From a virus: 64,000 nucleotides of DNA. Positions 29,198 to 37,509 of this stretch are shown piece after piece; position 1 is the first letter of the stretch; every line of letters begins with the position of its first letter. A model generated the notes under the pieces. That model ran no database searches. It had not been told where the DNA came from and saw only the letters and a program-made list of their open reading frames with translations. The stretch spans positions 33,543 through 97,542 of IMG/VR virus record IMGVR_UViG_3300046779_002131; one strand, given 5' to 3'. Made by a program: the position numbers and the translations under genes.

Positions 29198-29974
29198 TTA
29201 TCGTGGTTCCCGAGCTATCATTTCCAGCAGTTCTGGGGATATGTCCCGGGGAATTCTAGCCTGTACACGCACAATCATATCACCCACTGGACCGGTACGT
29301 GCTGGTAACCCTTTGCCGCGAACTCTCAGCATGGCGTTGGGCTGGGTATTGGCGGGAATGGTCACTTGCAGACGTTCTCCGGTTATGGCTGTGACTTCAA
29401 TACTGCCGCCCTGTATCAAGGTCCAAATTGATATCAATTCATCGCGCAACAGTGTGGTGCCTTGACGCTGCCAATTGTCATCGGGCTGTATTCTAAATGT
29501 TATCACAAGATCTCCGCCGCCGGGCGCAAGATTTGGATACTGTACTGAATCACCATCTTCAATGCCCGGAGGAATCTGGATTTCTATTGTGCTGGCAGCT
29601 GATCCAGTGTTCACTGCTACCTGACGTCGACCGCCTGTGGCCACATCATGCAGAGTAATCCAGAGATTCATACGCACCTGGCTACGTCTAGCACCTTGAT
29701 TGAACCTAGCGCCAAACATTGTGAAGATTTCATCAAAATTAAAATGTCCACCAGGCCCAAAGTTAAATTCATGAACCTGTGGTTGCGGTTGATCGTATTG
29801 ACGGCGCCGAGCAGCATCACCCAAGGTATCATATGCCTCTTGTATGGTTTGAAATGCAGCAGTATTGCCGCCTCGATCAGGGTGATGCTGAGCAGCTAGC
29901 TTGCGATAGGCCTGTTTGATTTCGTCAGCCGAAGCAGTGCGCTCTACGCCCAATGTTTTATAGTAATCTTTCAT
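29198..29974 (-). CDS. DnaJ/CbpA-like co-chaperone (J domain plus C-terminal domain, no Zn finger)
   Basis: DYYKTLGV...AYRKLAAQHHPD; LRVRGKGLP...GDM; likely start MKDYY at 29974. Confidence 0.9.
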   Translation of the reverse strand: MKDYYKTLGVERTASADEIKQAYRKLAAQHHPDRGGNTAAFQTIQEAYDTLGDAARRRQYDQPQPQVHEFNFGPGGHFNFDEIFTMFGARFNQGARRSQVRMNLWITLHDVATGGRRQVAVNTGSAASTIEIQIPPGIEDGDSVQYPNLAPGGGDLVITFRIQPDDNWQRQGTTLLRDELISIWTLIQGGSIEVTAITGERLQVTIPANTQPNAMLRVRGKGLPARTGPVGDMIVRVQARIPRDISPELLEMIAREPR

Positions 29975-29976
29975 TG

Positions 29977-30010
29977 AAAAGCCCAGTAATAACATTAATT
30001 ATACTGGGCT
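29977..30010 (-). terminator. Intrinsic-terminator-like hairpin overlapping that promoter
   Basis: AGCCCAGTA...TACTGGGCT inverted repeat followed by a T-run on the minus strand. Confidence 0.55.
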
Positions 30011-30026
30011 CTGGGCAGGGTGTCAA
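29998..30026 (-). promoter_or_regulatory. Consensus sigma70 promoter upstream of the DnaJ-like gene and clpA
   Basis: TTGACA (30026-30021), 17-bp spacer, TATAAT (30003-29998). Confidence 0.8.
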
Positions 30027-30203
30027 TTACTTTTTATCGGGTATTTGAGTACCTTCGAGTTTTTTGTGAACTTTGACCTTTTTACAAACTTCTTTTTCTT
30101 TTTTGGTCTTTGCGTCCATTTGCTTTACACAGACTTTTTTTTCTTCCGCTGCCCATGCAGGCAGAGTTGCAAATGCAATTAATGCTGCTAATAGATATTT
30201 CAT
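30027..30203 (-). CDS. Small secreted Lys-rich protein
   Basis: Manual: MKYLLAALIAFATLPAWA|AEEKKVCVKQ...EVCKKVKVHKK; signal peptide; AAGGAG RBS. Confidence 0.75.
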   Translation of the reverse strand: MKYLLAALIAFATLPAWAAEEKKVCVKQMDAKTKKEKEVCKKVKVHKKLEGTQIPDKK

Positions 30204-30213
30204 TGTTGTCTCC

Positions 30214-30513
30214 TTATTGAAATTGATGCCAATACCATGTCCAGGTAATCATAAACACAGCAAATCCACAGAGTTTGGCAATGCCCACTGGATCTTTGCG
30301 CCAATCAAACGGTTCGCGATGAATTGGTGTGGAATGTAGTTGATCAGGAAAGTGTAGAGCATACCATTCGTCAGCAGATATCTGCACCGGTTTATTTTCA
30401 GTCACTGGGACAGGCTGCACCTTGTCCATCATAGAGCGGGACTCATGATAAATTTGATCAGCAGGCTGTTGAGTCCAAACGTATCGTCGTTTTGGCATGT
30501 CAGGAAATATCAT
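30214..30513 (-). CDS. Hypothetical membrane protein
   Basis: 99 aa with a C-terminal hydrophobic helix. Confidence 0.6.
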   Translation of the reverse strand: MIFPDMPKRRYVWTQQPADQIYHESRSMMDKVQPVPVTENKPVQISADEWYALHFPDQLHSTPIHREPFDWRKDPVGIAKLCGFAVFMITWTWYWHQFQ

Positions 30514-30754
30514 GATCTACCGTCTCCCACTTAGGGCAGTCTGCGGGCCATAACAGTGCAAACATTGTGTAATCTTGTGCATGATCGAACTGTACTATAA
30601 TGTAATGAACCCCGCGCTGAACTTGGAAATTCAGTGCAGGGTGCTGTCTTCGAATACCTCTCAGTCTATTTAGAATCTTGGTTTTTCTTAGGCGATTTCT
30701 AGCCACACCCACAACACCTGTATAGACTTCTAATTTAAACTGTATTTCAGACAC
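30500..30754 (-). CDS. Hypothetical protein
   Basis: 84-aa ORF in the operon. Confidence 0.6.
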   Translation of the reverse strand: MSEIQFKLEVYTGVVGVARNRLRKTKILNRLRGIRRQHPALNFQVQRGVHYIIVQFDHAQDYTMFALLWPADCPKWETVDHDIS

Positions 30755-30762
30755 AACGTTAT

Positions 30763-31689
30763 TTAACGTCGTTTGTTAACAATAGTATCGGCTACACGAC
30801 GCTGATTAGCATCAATGCTTTCGCGTAGGTTAATGACTTCTTCACGTAGTTCATTACCAGACTCCTGCAGCTCTTGCAGGCTGTCTCCAAGTTCGTTGGC
30901 ATAAGCAGCGACTTCCTTGATTCGTACACGATTGGCCTGAGCATCTTTAGCCAGCAATTGTGAAATTTCCATGGTCTGCTGAATACGTTGATCATTGGTA
31001 ATGTTGGTGGCTTCACGCATCATTTTCACAAGCTCGCCGTCAAGCCATTCGGCATTTTCGTCAGCCACGTCAGAAATAAATGCTGCCATTTCTTCGTTGG
31101 CATGATAGAACTTTTCCGAAGCAGCTCCAATGGCTTTGATAGCCGTGGCCATTTCAAACGCAATTTCGGCCATTCTGCGATTCATTGTGTTACGATGGCT
31201 TAGATAATCTAACTTGGTTTTATTGATCAAACTTTCCTGGAATGTTGCCTGCTCGGCAGATTCAGGTTTTATCAGATTCAACATCATTAAACGATTGCGA
31301 TACACATCGTCTGTGGTGCGCATGATCATTTCTCGATTACCGCCTGCATTGATGGCCCAGCTCTGCATGGCATCAGTGACGTTTTCTTCAACAATTGATC
31401 TAGCTACTTGAGTCTGTGCCACATTGTACTGAACATAGGCTTCAACGTCAAATGCACGTTTGGTTTGCTCGGCAATCATTGCTGCCTGGGCTTCGGGATC
31501 CATTGCAGCATGCATACTAAGAAAACTGCTCATGGGTTTAAACTCTAATTCAGTTTCTAAAGGAGCTGTTACTGTGCGAGTTTTTTTAGGTGCTACTTTG
31601 GATTTAACTACGGTTTTTTTGGCTGCTGGCTTTTTAGCCACAGCAGATTTAGCTGGTTTTTCAGCTTTGGCGGGTTTACGTGGTGCCAT
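30763..31689 (-). CDS. Coiled-coil protein with Lys/Ala/Pro-rich N-terminus
   Basis: MAPRKPAKAEKPAKSAVAKKPAAKK followed by long heptad-rich helices; strong AGGAG RBS. Confidence 0.75.
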   Translation of the reverse strand: MAPRKPAKAEKPAKSAVAKKPAAKKTVVKSKVAPKKTRTVTAPLETELEFKPMSSFLSMHAAMDPEAQAAMIAEQTKRAFDVEAYVQYNVAQTQVARSIVEENVTDAMQSWAINAGGNREMIMRTTDDVYRNRLMMLNLIKPESAEQATFQESLINKTKLDYLSHRNTMNRRMAEIAFEMATAIKAIGAASEKFYHANEEMAAFISDVADENAEWLDGELVKMMREATNITNDQRIQQTMEISQLLAKDAQANRVRIKEVAAYANELGDSLQELQESGNELREEVINLRESIDANQRRVADTIVNKRR

Positions 31690-31690
31690 G

Positions 31691-31741
31691 TGATCTCCTA
31701 TAAGTTAGCGGCAATGCCGACTGGGTACTTATAGGAGATCA
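31691..31741 (-). promoter_or_regulatory. RBS-sequestering hairpin containing a late-promoter-like TATAAGTA
   Basis: Perfect 15-bp inverted repeat TGATCTCCTATAAGT/ACTTATAGGAGATCA ending 1 nt before the ATG at 31689. Confidence 0.7.
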
Positions 31742-31751
31742 TTGACTACAG

Positions 31752-32252
31752 TTAGATTTCAGGAAAATCCGGCTGTTGTGGAGCCTTTTTTCCCGCTTTC
31801 ATTGTGACATCTGAACTGGGTGCAGGTGTTTCCACACGGTATTCAGACCCTCCCATAGGAGCTGATGCAGCAGTCATAGGCGCAGGTGTTGCCATTGCAG
31901 GCTGAGCCATCATCACAGGTTGTTGGACTTGCACTGGTGTGGCAGTGGGCAAGCCACCGTTGTTGGCACCATTGAGCTTTTCTTGTGTGCGTCCGTATGC
32001 ACTGACCCCGATAATAGCACCCATGGAAATATGATACAAACCACCGCCTTGCAAGGTCAAGGGAGTCCACATTCCCACTGCTTGTCCAGGATTCCAATAT
32101 TGTAAAATATTGTAGAGTATTGGGCCAAGTATGAAGTCAAACAAACAGGTGGCCATGTAAGTCCAGCCCATCATGGGACGCCATTTGGCATTCATCCAAT
32201 CTTCCTGCTTCTTGGCGCTGTCGTTCATTTTGTTGTATTCTTTTGAGTCCAT
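31752..32252 (-). CDS. Holin (3TM gene-transfer-release type)
   Basis: WRPMMGWTY..CLFDF, TM helices, G.SAYGRT.EK; adjacent to the endolysin. Confidence 0.75.
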   Translation of the reverse strand: MDSKEYNKMNDSAKKQEDWMNAKWRPMMGWTYMATCLFDFILGPILYNILQYWNPGQAVGMWTPLTLQGGGLYHISMGAIIGVSAYGRTQEKLNGANNGGLPTATPVQVQQPVMMAQPAMATPAPMTAASAPMGGSEYRVETPAPSSDVTMKAGKKAPQQPDFPEI

Positions 32253-32254
32253 GA

Positions 32255-32401
32255 TTATCGTCCCTGTCCTCGATTCTTTTTGTAGCTACGACGCTTGGCT
32301 TTGTTCATAGTAGAAGTTTTTGGTCTATTCCCACCCAGTTGAGTACGCTTGTGGACTGACTCATGTTGTGGTCGTGATCCTGATTGTTTTACTTTGGCCA
32401 T
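32255..32401 (-). CDS. Small basic protein (48 aa)
   Basis: Manual: MAKVKQSGSR...TSTMNKAKRRSYKKNRGQGR. Confidence 0.7.
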   Translation of the reverse strand: MAKVKQSGSRPQHESVHKRTQLGGNRPKTSTMNKAKRRSYKKNRGQGR

Positions 32402-32402
32402 G

Positions 32403-33017
32403 TTATGCTCCTAAAATATGTAATGCATGTGCGTAATGTTTCTTACGGTCTTCTAATCCAATGGTGCCACCGTTGATGATTCGTGTCATCTTTTCAATAT
32501 CTCCGGCATCGGCCCATTTATTTAAATTGTTGTTTTCCCAGAACCAGCAGGCTGATTGCGCAGCGCCTTCAAATGTTTCTAGATATTCAGCGGCTTCGGT
32601 GACAGGTATTTCTAGACTTGCAGCGAACCAGGTGTAGTTGTCTTTGCCTGTGAGTTGAATCAATCCACGACCACGATAACGGAACCCATCACCCGATGCT
32701 TCGTCACCGTTGCCCATGCGATTGCAATAGATATGATTGGCAATCTTCTGTGGGTTCTTGGCATGTGCCCGAGCTAGATCCATGTCATGATAGTATTTGG
32801 GAAATACTTTCATCAATGATTCTGCTTTGTAATTTAAGTTTTCCGACACAAATCTAAACCCACCTGATTCGTGAGCGCACTGTGCTACAAAAGCAGCAAT
32901 ACGTTTAGGGGTGTTGATTTCGTAGTCAGGAAGTAATTGTGCTAACGCTTCGTGCCAGTGATCTGCATAGGGTATGCCCGGCACCATTTGTTTTAATTGT
33001 TGTAATGTTAGGTTCAT
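32403..33017 (-). CDS. GH19 family endolysin
   Basis: AAFVAQCAHESGGF, ENLNY, YRGRGLIQLTGKDNY, TRIINGG..GLEDR; AAGGAG RBS. Confidence 0.92.
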   Translation of the reverse strand: MNLTLQQLKQMVPGIPYADHWHEALAQLLPDYEINTPKRIAAFVAQCAHESGGFRFVSENLNYKAESLMKVFPKYYHDMDLARAHAKNPQKIANHIYCNRMGNGDEASGDGFRYRGRGLIQLTGKDNYTWFAASLEIPVTEAAEYLETFEGAAQSACWFWENNNLNKWADAGDIEKMTRIINGGTIGLEDRKKHYAHALHILGA

Positions 33018-33052
33018 ACTAGCTCCTTGGCTAGTATTTACCCAAATTTTGG

Positions 33053-33730
33053 TTATCGACCCCGGCTATTCATCCATATGACATAGGGATCGTTGACAAC
33101 TATAGTGCCGTCTGCTCGCTGCATGTAGTTACCGCTGTGTAAATCAACAGCAAAGCCGTGTTGTTGCCCAAATCTCATTACATCTTGCACAGTTTTCATC
33201 AGACTTAGTGCTGCCCTGGGTCCGCCAAGATAGTCAATTATTTGGCGTATTTGATACATGATTATTTCATTTTGCTCTTCGTCGTAGAAACCCTTTTGTG
33301 TCAGGCGTTTGAGTGCTTGTAGCATGTTAGGTGCTGAGTTCCTGGCGGGATTCACCACATCTTCAAGGTATGCCAGCAAGTGTCGAATCTGATCGGGGAT
33401 TTCCTCCAGGGGTTCCATACGTGCTTGTAGATAACGTTGCTTATGAAAGTTAAAACTTTCTAGCCCCGAGAACTTAGGTAAATGCGGATTAGATTTATTT
33501 TTATTACAGTAATCGATCCAGTCTCGAAACATTAACTGATCTGGAGTGAATTTGTCGCGATAATACGGACGTGTACCAAACACTAGATAGATTGAGCCGG
33601 TGCTGGGCTCTCTAAACACATGTTTGTCTATACCGCTTTTGATATATTCATAGCCGCGATCCTTAAGATATTTTCTTATATCCTGATGCACTGACCCGGC
33701 CATTTCCGTGGCAAATTCTTCCGCTCTCAC
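33053..33730 (-). CDS. Protein-kinase-like protein (T7 gp0.7-like), tagged
   Basis: GYEYIKSG (Gly-loop-like), NPHLPKF, MEPL, DLHSGNYM, VVNDP; N-terminus MRAEEFATE. Confidence 0.7.
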   Translation of the reverse strand: MRAEEFATEMAGSVHQDIRKYLKDRGYEYIKSGIDKHVFREPSTGSIYLVFGTRPYYRDKFTPDQLMFRDWIDYCNKNKSNPHLPKFSGLESFNFHKQRYLQARMEPLEEIPDQIRHLLAYLEDVVNPARNSAPNMLQALKRLTQKGFYDEEQNEIIMYQIRQIIDYLGGPRAALSLMKTVQDVMRFGQQHGFAVDLHSGNYMQRADGTIVVNDPYVIWMNSRGR

Positions 33731-35434
33731 TTAGCTTCTCACCTGCATGTAAACTCTTGCTGCATGGTCTACACCATTGTATGAACACGGTACCTGAAAC
33801 CGTTGTCTTACATCAAATTCGCCATCTTCATACAAGCCAAATAACATTCCTGACAATAAACCATCACCATGGGGACTGATAAACATTACAAAATTAGAGT
33901 AAGGATATCCCAGTTCCGGACCCCAGGTTGTCACAGCTATTTGTCCATTGTTGCGTAGTTCAAAATCTTGAGCATTGCTATCTTCGGCAAATTGTGCAAT
34001 TGCTGCTTGAGCCTGTTTCCAGGATATAATACGGTCATCGTCATTGCCACTGTGGCTGTCGTCGGGGGCTAATTCATTTAATGTGCCTTGTCGGCTAGGA
34101 ACTCGAAATGCCCAAACAGTTGCTCGACCGTCTCTTGCCATCATAGCAGTAAGTCTTGTATTACCACCGATAAGTTCTTTATGACCGTCACTATAAACAG
34201 CAACTATAGGCATTTCAACTGTGCCCGTTTCAAGTTGTGCTAGGGCACGTTTTTGTTTTTCCGGAGCTAATAATTTAAAACTATCTGGATCCCCAGCATC
34301 AGTGTTGTTGATATCTTGAGCACTGTTGATAGTAACTGCCCGGCCTTTTCTAGCAAGTTCAATCCAAGCATCTTTACCTAATTTTGCAAACTCTGGATAG
34401 CGTTCTGCTTCTTCCCATTCAACATCAAAATTTGGTTCTACAAACTTTCTACCATCGGCAAAGTTTTCCGCCATACCTTGCTCGTTGAAGTTTCCAAATC
34501 TATCTGGGTAATTCATTTGACGATACTTATCAGTCCAGTCGTCAAAGATTTTTTCATAACTAACATAAACCTTCAATAATTCTGCGGCTTTGGGGTCGTG
34601 TTTGGCAGCATCTATTAGGGGTTCTCCTACAAGATCACCAAACACATTTTCATGTTCTTTAGATCCAAACTCATCCCAAGGATCAACATTATCACCAAAC
34701 CACTCAAGAGCAGCGTTTACATTTGTAAAATTATGATTCCGAGCCCATTCGGCAAACTTACGATGATAAGGTTTATTGTTTTTATTTGCCCATTGCAGTA
34801 GTTCAGGGATACTAGTTGGCGGCATGTTAGAATGCATGTCAGCAACTTTTGGCTCGGCAGCCATTCTACTCATCATTGTGTCAAACTTTTCGTCGCCAGT
34901 TGCTTCCGCCACACCTTGCTCGTCGACATATACACGAGTTTTTTTAGGATCATAATCTCGTCTGCGTAATACTACTGCATCGTTGGCATTGTCATCCATT
35001 AATGAATCAACTATCTCATCACCAACAATGGGATCATGCACCCACTGTAAGTAAGGATAAACCACATAATCAGGAAACATCCCAGACAGTTTTACATATA
35101 AGTTACGTTTTTTTGCATCAGGAGTTTCAAATGCCACTACTGGCGGTTTAAACTTTTTAAGATAATCACGACAAGCAGCAACAACAGTAGAAAATATTGC
35201 CACTGCATCTCCTTTGCCACTGGTATGATAGAGATTATCAATATAAAAATGCACCAACACAAATATTACATGCTGTCCACCTTGATCAGTGTCAAGAGAA
35301 CTGTCAAACACTATTCTACCTGACCTATTGTCTTTGGTGTCAAAGTAGTATTCCCAGCTAGCAGGACCAATGACTCTTGAAGTTAGTTCATAGGGCTGAG
35401 TCCAAAGCTCTGCGAGAAATTCATTAGCTCTCAT
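33731..35434 (-). CDS. Tagged modular polyprotein including a ParB-like module
   Basis: MRANEFLAE; linkers EQGVAE, EQGMAE, TLNE; MPIV...LIGGNTRL (ParB/Srx-like). Confidence 0.72.
   Translation of the reverse strand: MRANEFLAELWTQPYELTSRVIGPASWEYYFDTKDNRSGRIVFDSSLDTDQGGQHVIFVLVHFYIDNLYHTSGKGDAVAIFSTVVAACRDYLKKFKPPVVAFETPDAKKRNLYVKLSGMFPDYVVYPYLQWVHDPIVGDEIVDSLMDDNANDAVVLRRRDYDPKKTRVYVDEQGVAEATGDEKFDTMMSRMAAEPKVADMHSNMPPTSIPELLQWANKNNKPYHRKFAEWARNHNFTNVNAALEWFGDNVDPWDEFGSKEHENVFGDLVGEPLIDAAKHDPKAAELLKVYVSYEKIFDDWTDKYRQMNYPDRFGNFNEQGMAENFADGRKFVEPNFDVEWEEAERYPEFAKLGKDAWIELARKGRAVTINSAQDINNTDAGDPDSFKLLAPEKQKRALAQLETGTVEMPIVAVYSDGHKELIGGNTRLTAMMARDGRATVWAFRVPSRQGTLNELAPDDSHSGNDDDRIISWKQAQAAIAQFAEDSNAQDFELRNNGQIAVTTWGPELGYPYSNFVMFISPHGDGLLSGMLFGLYEDGEFDVRQRFQVPCSYNGVDHAARVYMQVRS
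34466..34923 (-). repeat. Two further linker-repeat copies, ACGAGCAAGGT(G/A)TGGCGGAA, at 34466-34485 and 34903-34923
   Basis: Plus strand ttccgccataccttgctcgt and cttccgccacaccttgctcgt (19/20 identical) flank one module. Confidence 0.85.
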
Positions 35435-36374
35435 TGGGCTTCTTCTTTGCAGGTTCTGCTTGTTTTTGTTTTAAATCAGGAGTTAGGTCAATGTCAGGTT
35501 TTTCAGGAGTAGGTAATTGTTTTGGTTCTGCTGCCGGAGGTTGTTCAGGTTCGCCTGCACTCTGAGCAGCATCGTATCCTCGTTTGGCCAATCCTGCCAG
35601 TCGTGCCAGATCAGCAGCAGTTGTACCTGTCTCTGTGTCTTTTGCTAGGTTTTTACTAGGGGTAGGCTCATTTGTGTTGGCAGGCTCAACCCGATCATTG
35701 GATTTCTCAGTTTTATCCCAGGTATAGTCTTGCCAGGATCCATCCATAATAGCATCAACTACACTTAGGTCAAAGTCTTGATCATCAAGTTGTCTTGTAG
35801 AATTTACTGCCTTTTCATATGCATCAACATCAAATTTCCACAGGGGATCAAAGTCAGTATCTTCTAATTCCCAGGTCTCGCCGTAACGACCCGGATAAAT
35901 CTTAAAACTGTAAACACGACCATCCTTTTCAAATGTATAGGTTATCCATTCTTCGTCGTGTGTGGTAATCAATACTTTATGACCAGCTGGAGTTTCAACA
36001 ATCTCATAAGGACTGCCCCAAGGCATATCACCGTATTCACCAGTGGGTTCAGTCGCTAGATCATTTTCTCCGGGTTCCCAATTTGCATCATCTCCGGGAT
36101 AATTGTCATCATCAGCTTTGACCCAGGCACTATCAAAATTAACTCCATGTACTGCACCAAATGCCGAAGCAGCTCGCCACAGCAGTGGAATGACGTCAGC
36201 TTCGGCAGCTGCCGCGGCCACAGGAATTTCAGCAGCAGCAGGAGTACTCAAAGCTTTGGCAGCAGCGCCAGGCACGGCAGCAGCAACACCTGCTGCTCCC
36301 AGTGCTCGTAAAAATCCTCTACGACTGGGGTTGTCAGGTTCGCCGGCTTCAAAAATAATATCTAGAATTTTCAT
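35424..36374 (-). CDS. Tagged acidic protein with Tat-like signal
   Basis: MKILDIIFE...SRRGFLRALGAAGVAAAVPGAAAKA. Confidence 0.72.
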   Translation of the reverse strand: MKILDIIFEAGEPDNPSRRGFLRALGAAGVAAAVPGAAAKALSTPAAAEIPVAAAAAEADVIPLLWRAASAFGAVHGVNFDSAWVKADDDNYPGDDANWEPGENDLATEPTGEYGDMPWGSPYEIVETPAGHKVLITTHDEEWITYTFEKDGRVYSFKIYPGRYGETWELEDTDFDPLWKFDVDAYEKAVNSTRQLDDQDFDLSVVDAIMDGSWQDYTWDKTEKSNDRVEPANTNEPTPSKNLAKDTETGTTAADLARLAGLAKRGYDAAQSAGEPEQPPAAEPKQLPTPEKPDIDLTPDLKQKQAEPAKKKPNES

Positions 36375-37258
36375 GATATAATATTTATAATATCGTCAAC
36401 TAGACAAGTGGCAGTGACAATATCATAATGATGCCCGTCACGGGCAAAATCTTGTTGACGAATTTCAGGGAGCCATTCACCGGGCATCTGCTGCTGTAAC
36501 ATCTCATGCATGCGCTGGGTGTCGGCAGTGAACCTAGGAATAAAGGTATGAACAATTCTTGTGGATCTTTTTGCTGCTTCTACTCTATGCACATTTTCAA
36601 AGAAATTTTCAGTGTTTAGATCATCATTGATAATGGCATCACGACCGGGATTGTCTAGTCTGCGATTATGATCGTCTGCTGTTATCAGCGTGAGCCAATA
36701 GGGATCTTGACGAATTTCTGTCTGAATTTCCGGGGGTAACCGATCAAACAGCTGAAATGATTGTGATTCGGGCCAATGCGGAGCTCTGATATCTTGATAG
36801 AATCGGCGCCAGCGTTGATCTATTTCTTGATCAACATTGTGCAGCGGAAGTTCTCTTCGATGTGTGTAGCTCCATTGTATGAGCATTAAATGGGGTTGAA
36901 CCGCTGCAATGATCTGACAGCATCTACGAGCAATCCAGTCGTTGCTGGCGCCGTCCATGGAAATGTTGACTGTGCGCTGGCCAAGTCGGTGCTGTAACAG
37001 CCAGGGCCAAGTGTGTTCTCGGGGAGCGCCAAAACCCACGGTAAAACTGTCGCCCACACACCAAATCACCGACGACAGGTCCTGAGGCCACTCATCGTCT
37101 CTAAAGCCTCTACTGTTGAATTGATATGTTACGGTGTGGGGATAGGTTTCGAAATGCTGGGGGCGCCAGCAGTGTTGAGGCATGTCCATGCCAGTGTAGT
37201 GCCAGGTCTGGCCCACACGGGCCGGCAGTCTGAGATCATCTAGATTTATCGAATCCAA
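36371..37258 (-). CDS. SGNH/GDSL-like hydrolase-fold protein
   Basis: NSRGFRD, CVGDSFTVG, N.S..GASND, ARDGHHY. Confidence 0.7.
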   Translation of the reverse strand: MDSINLDDLRLPARVGQTWHYTGMDMPQHCWRPQHFETYPHTVTYQFNSRGFRDDEWPQDLSSVIWCVGDSFTVGFGAPREHTWPWLLQHRLGQRTVNISMDGASNDWIARRCCQIIAAVQPHLMLIQWSYTHRRELPLHNVDQEIDQRWRRFYQDIRAPHWPESQSFQLFDRLPPEIQTEIRQDPYWLTLITADDHNRRLDNPGRDAIINDDLNTENFFENVHRVEAAKRSTRIVHTFIPRFTADTQRMHEMLQQQMPGEWLPEIRQQDFARDGHHYDIVTATCLVDDIINIIS

Positions 37259-37509
37259 TTCTCACGTTGCTCACGATACCATTGTTGCCATTCTTCGTAA
37301 AGAATACGCAGCTCGCGATAAGCAGTGTAATTATCCGTGGCATTGTCAATAATAACCGAAACTTCGCGAGTATCTGGGGGTATAGTGGTCAGGGCCGGAG
37401 CCGGTGCTAGTAATTTTTCCGGAGCTTCAGGAAAGGCCTGTGTCACAGGCACTGGCTTTGATGCACAGGCCGCCAATAGCAGCACTGTGAAAATCCATTT
37501 ATTTGCCAT
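37246..37509 (-). CDS. o-spanin (Rz1-like lipoprotein)
   Basis: Lipobox LLAAC, Pro-rich segment, overlaps the i-spanin. Confidence 0.72.
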   Translation of the reverse strand: MANKWIFTVLLLAACASKPVPVTQAFPEAPEKLLAPAPALTTIPPDTREVSVIIDNATDNYTAYRELRILYEEWQQWYREQRENWIR

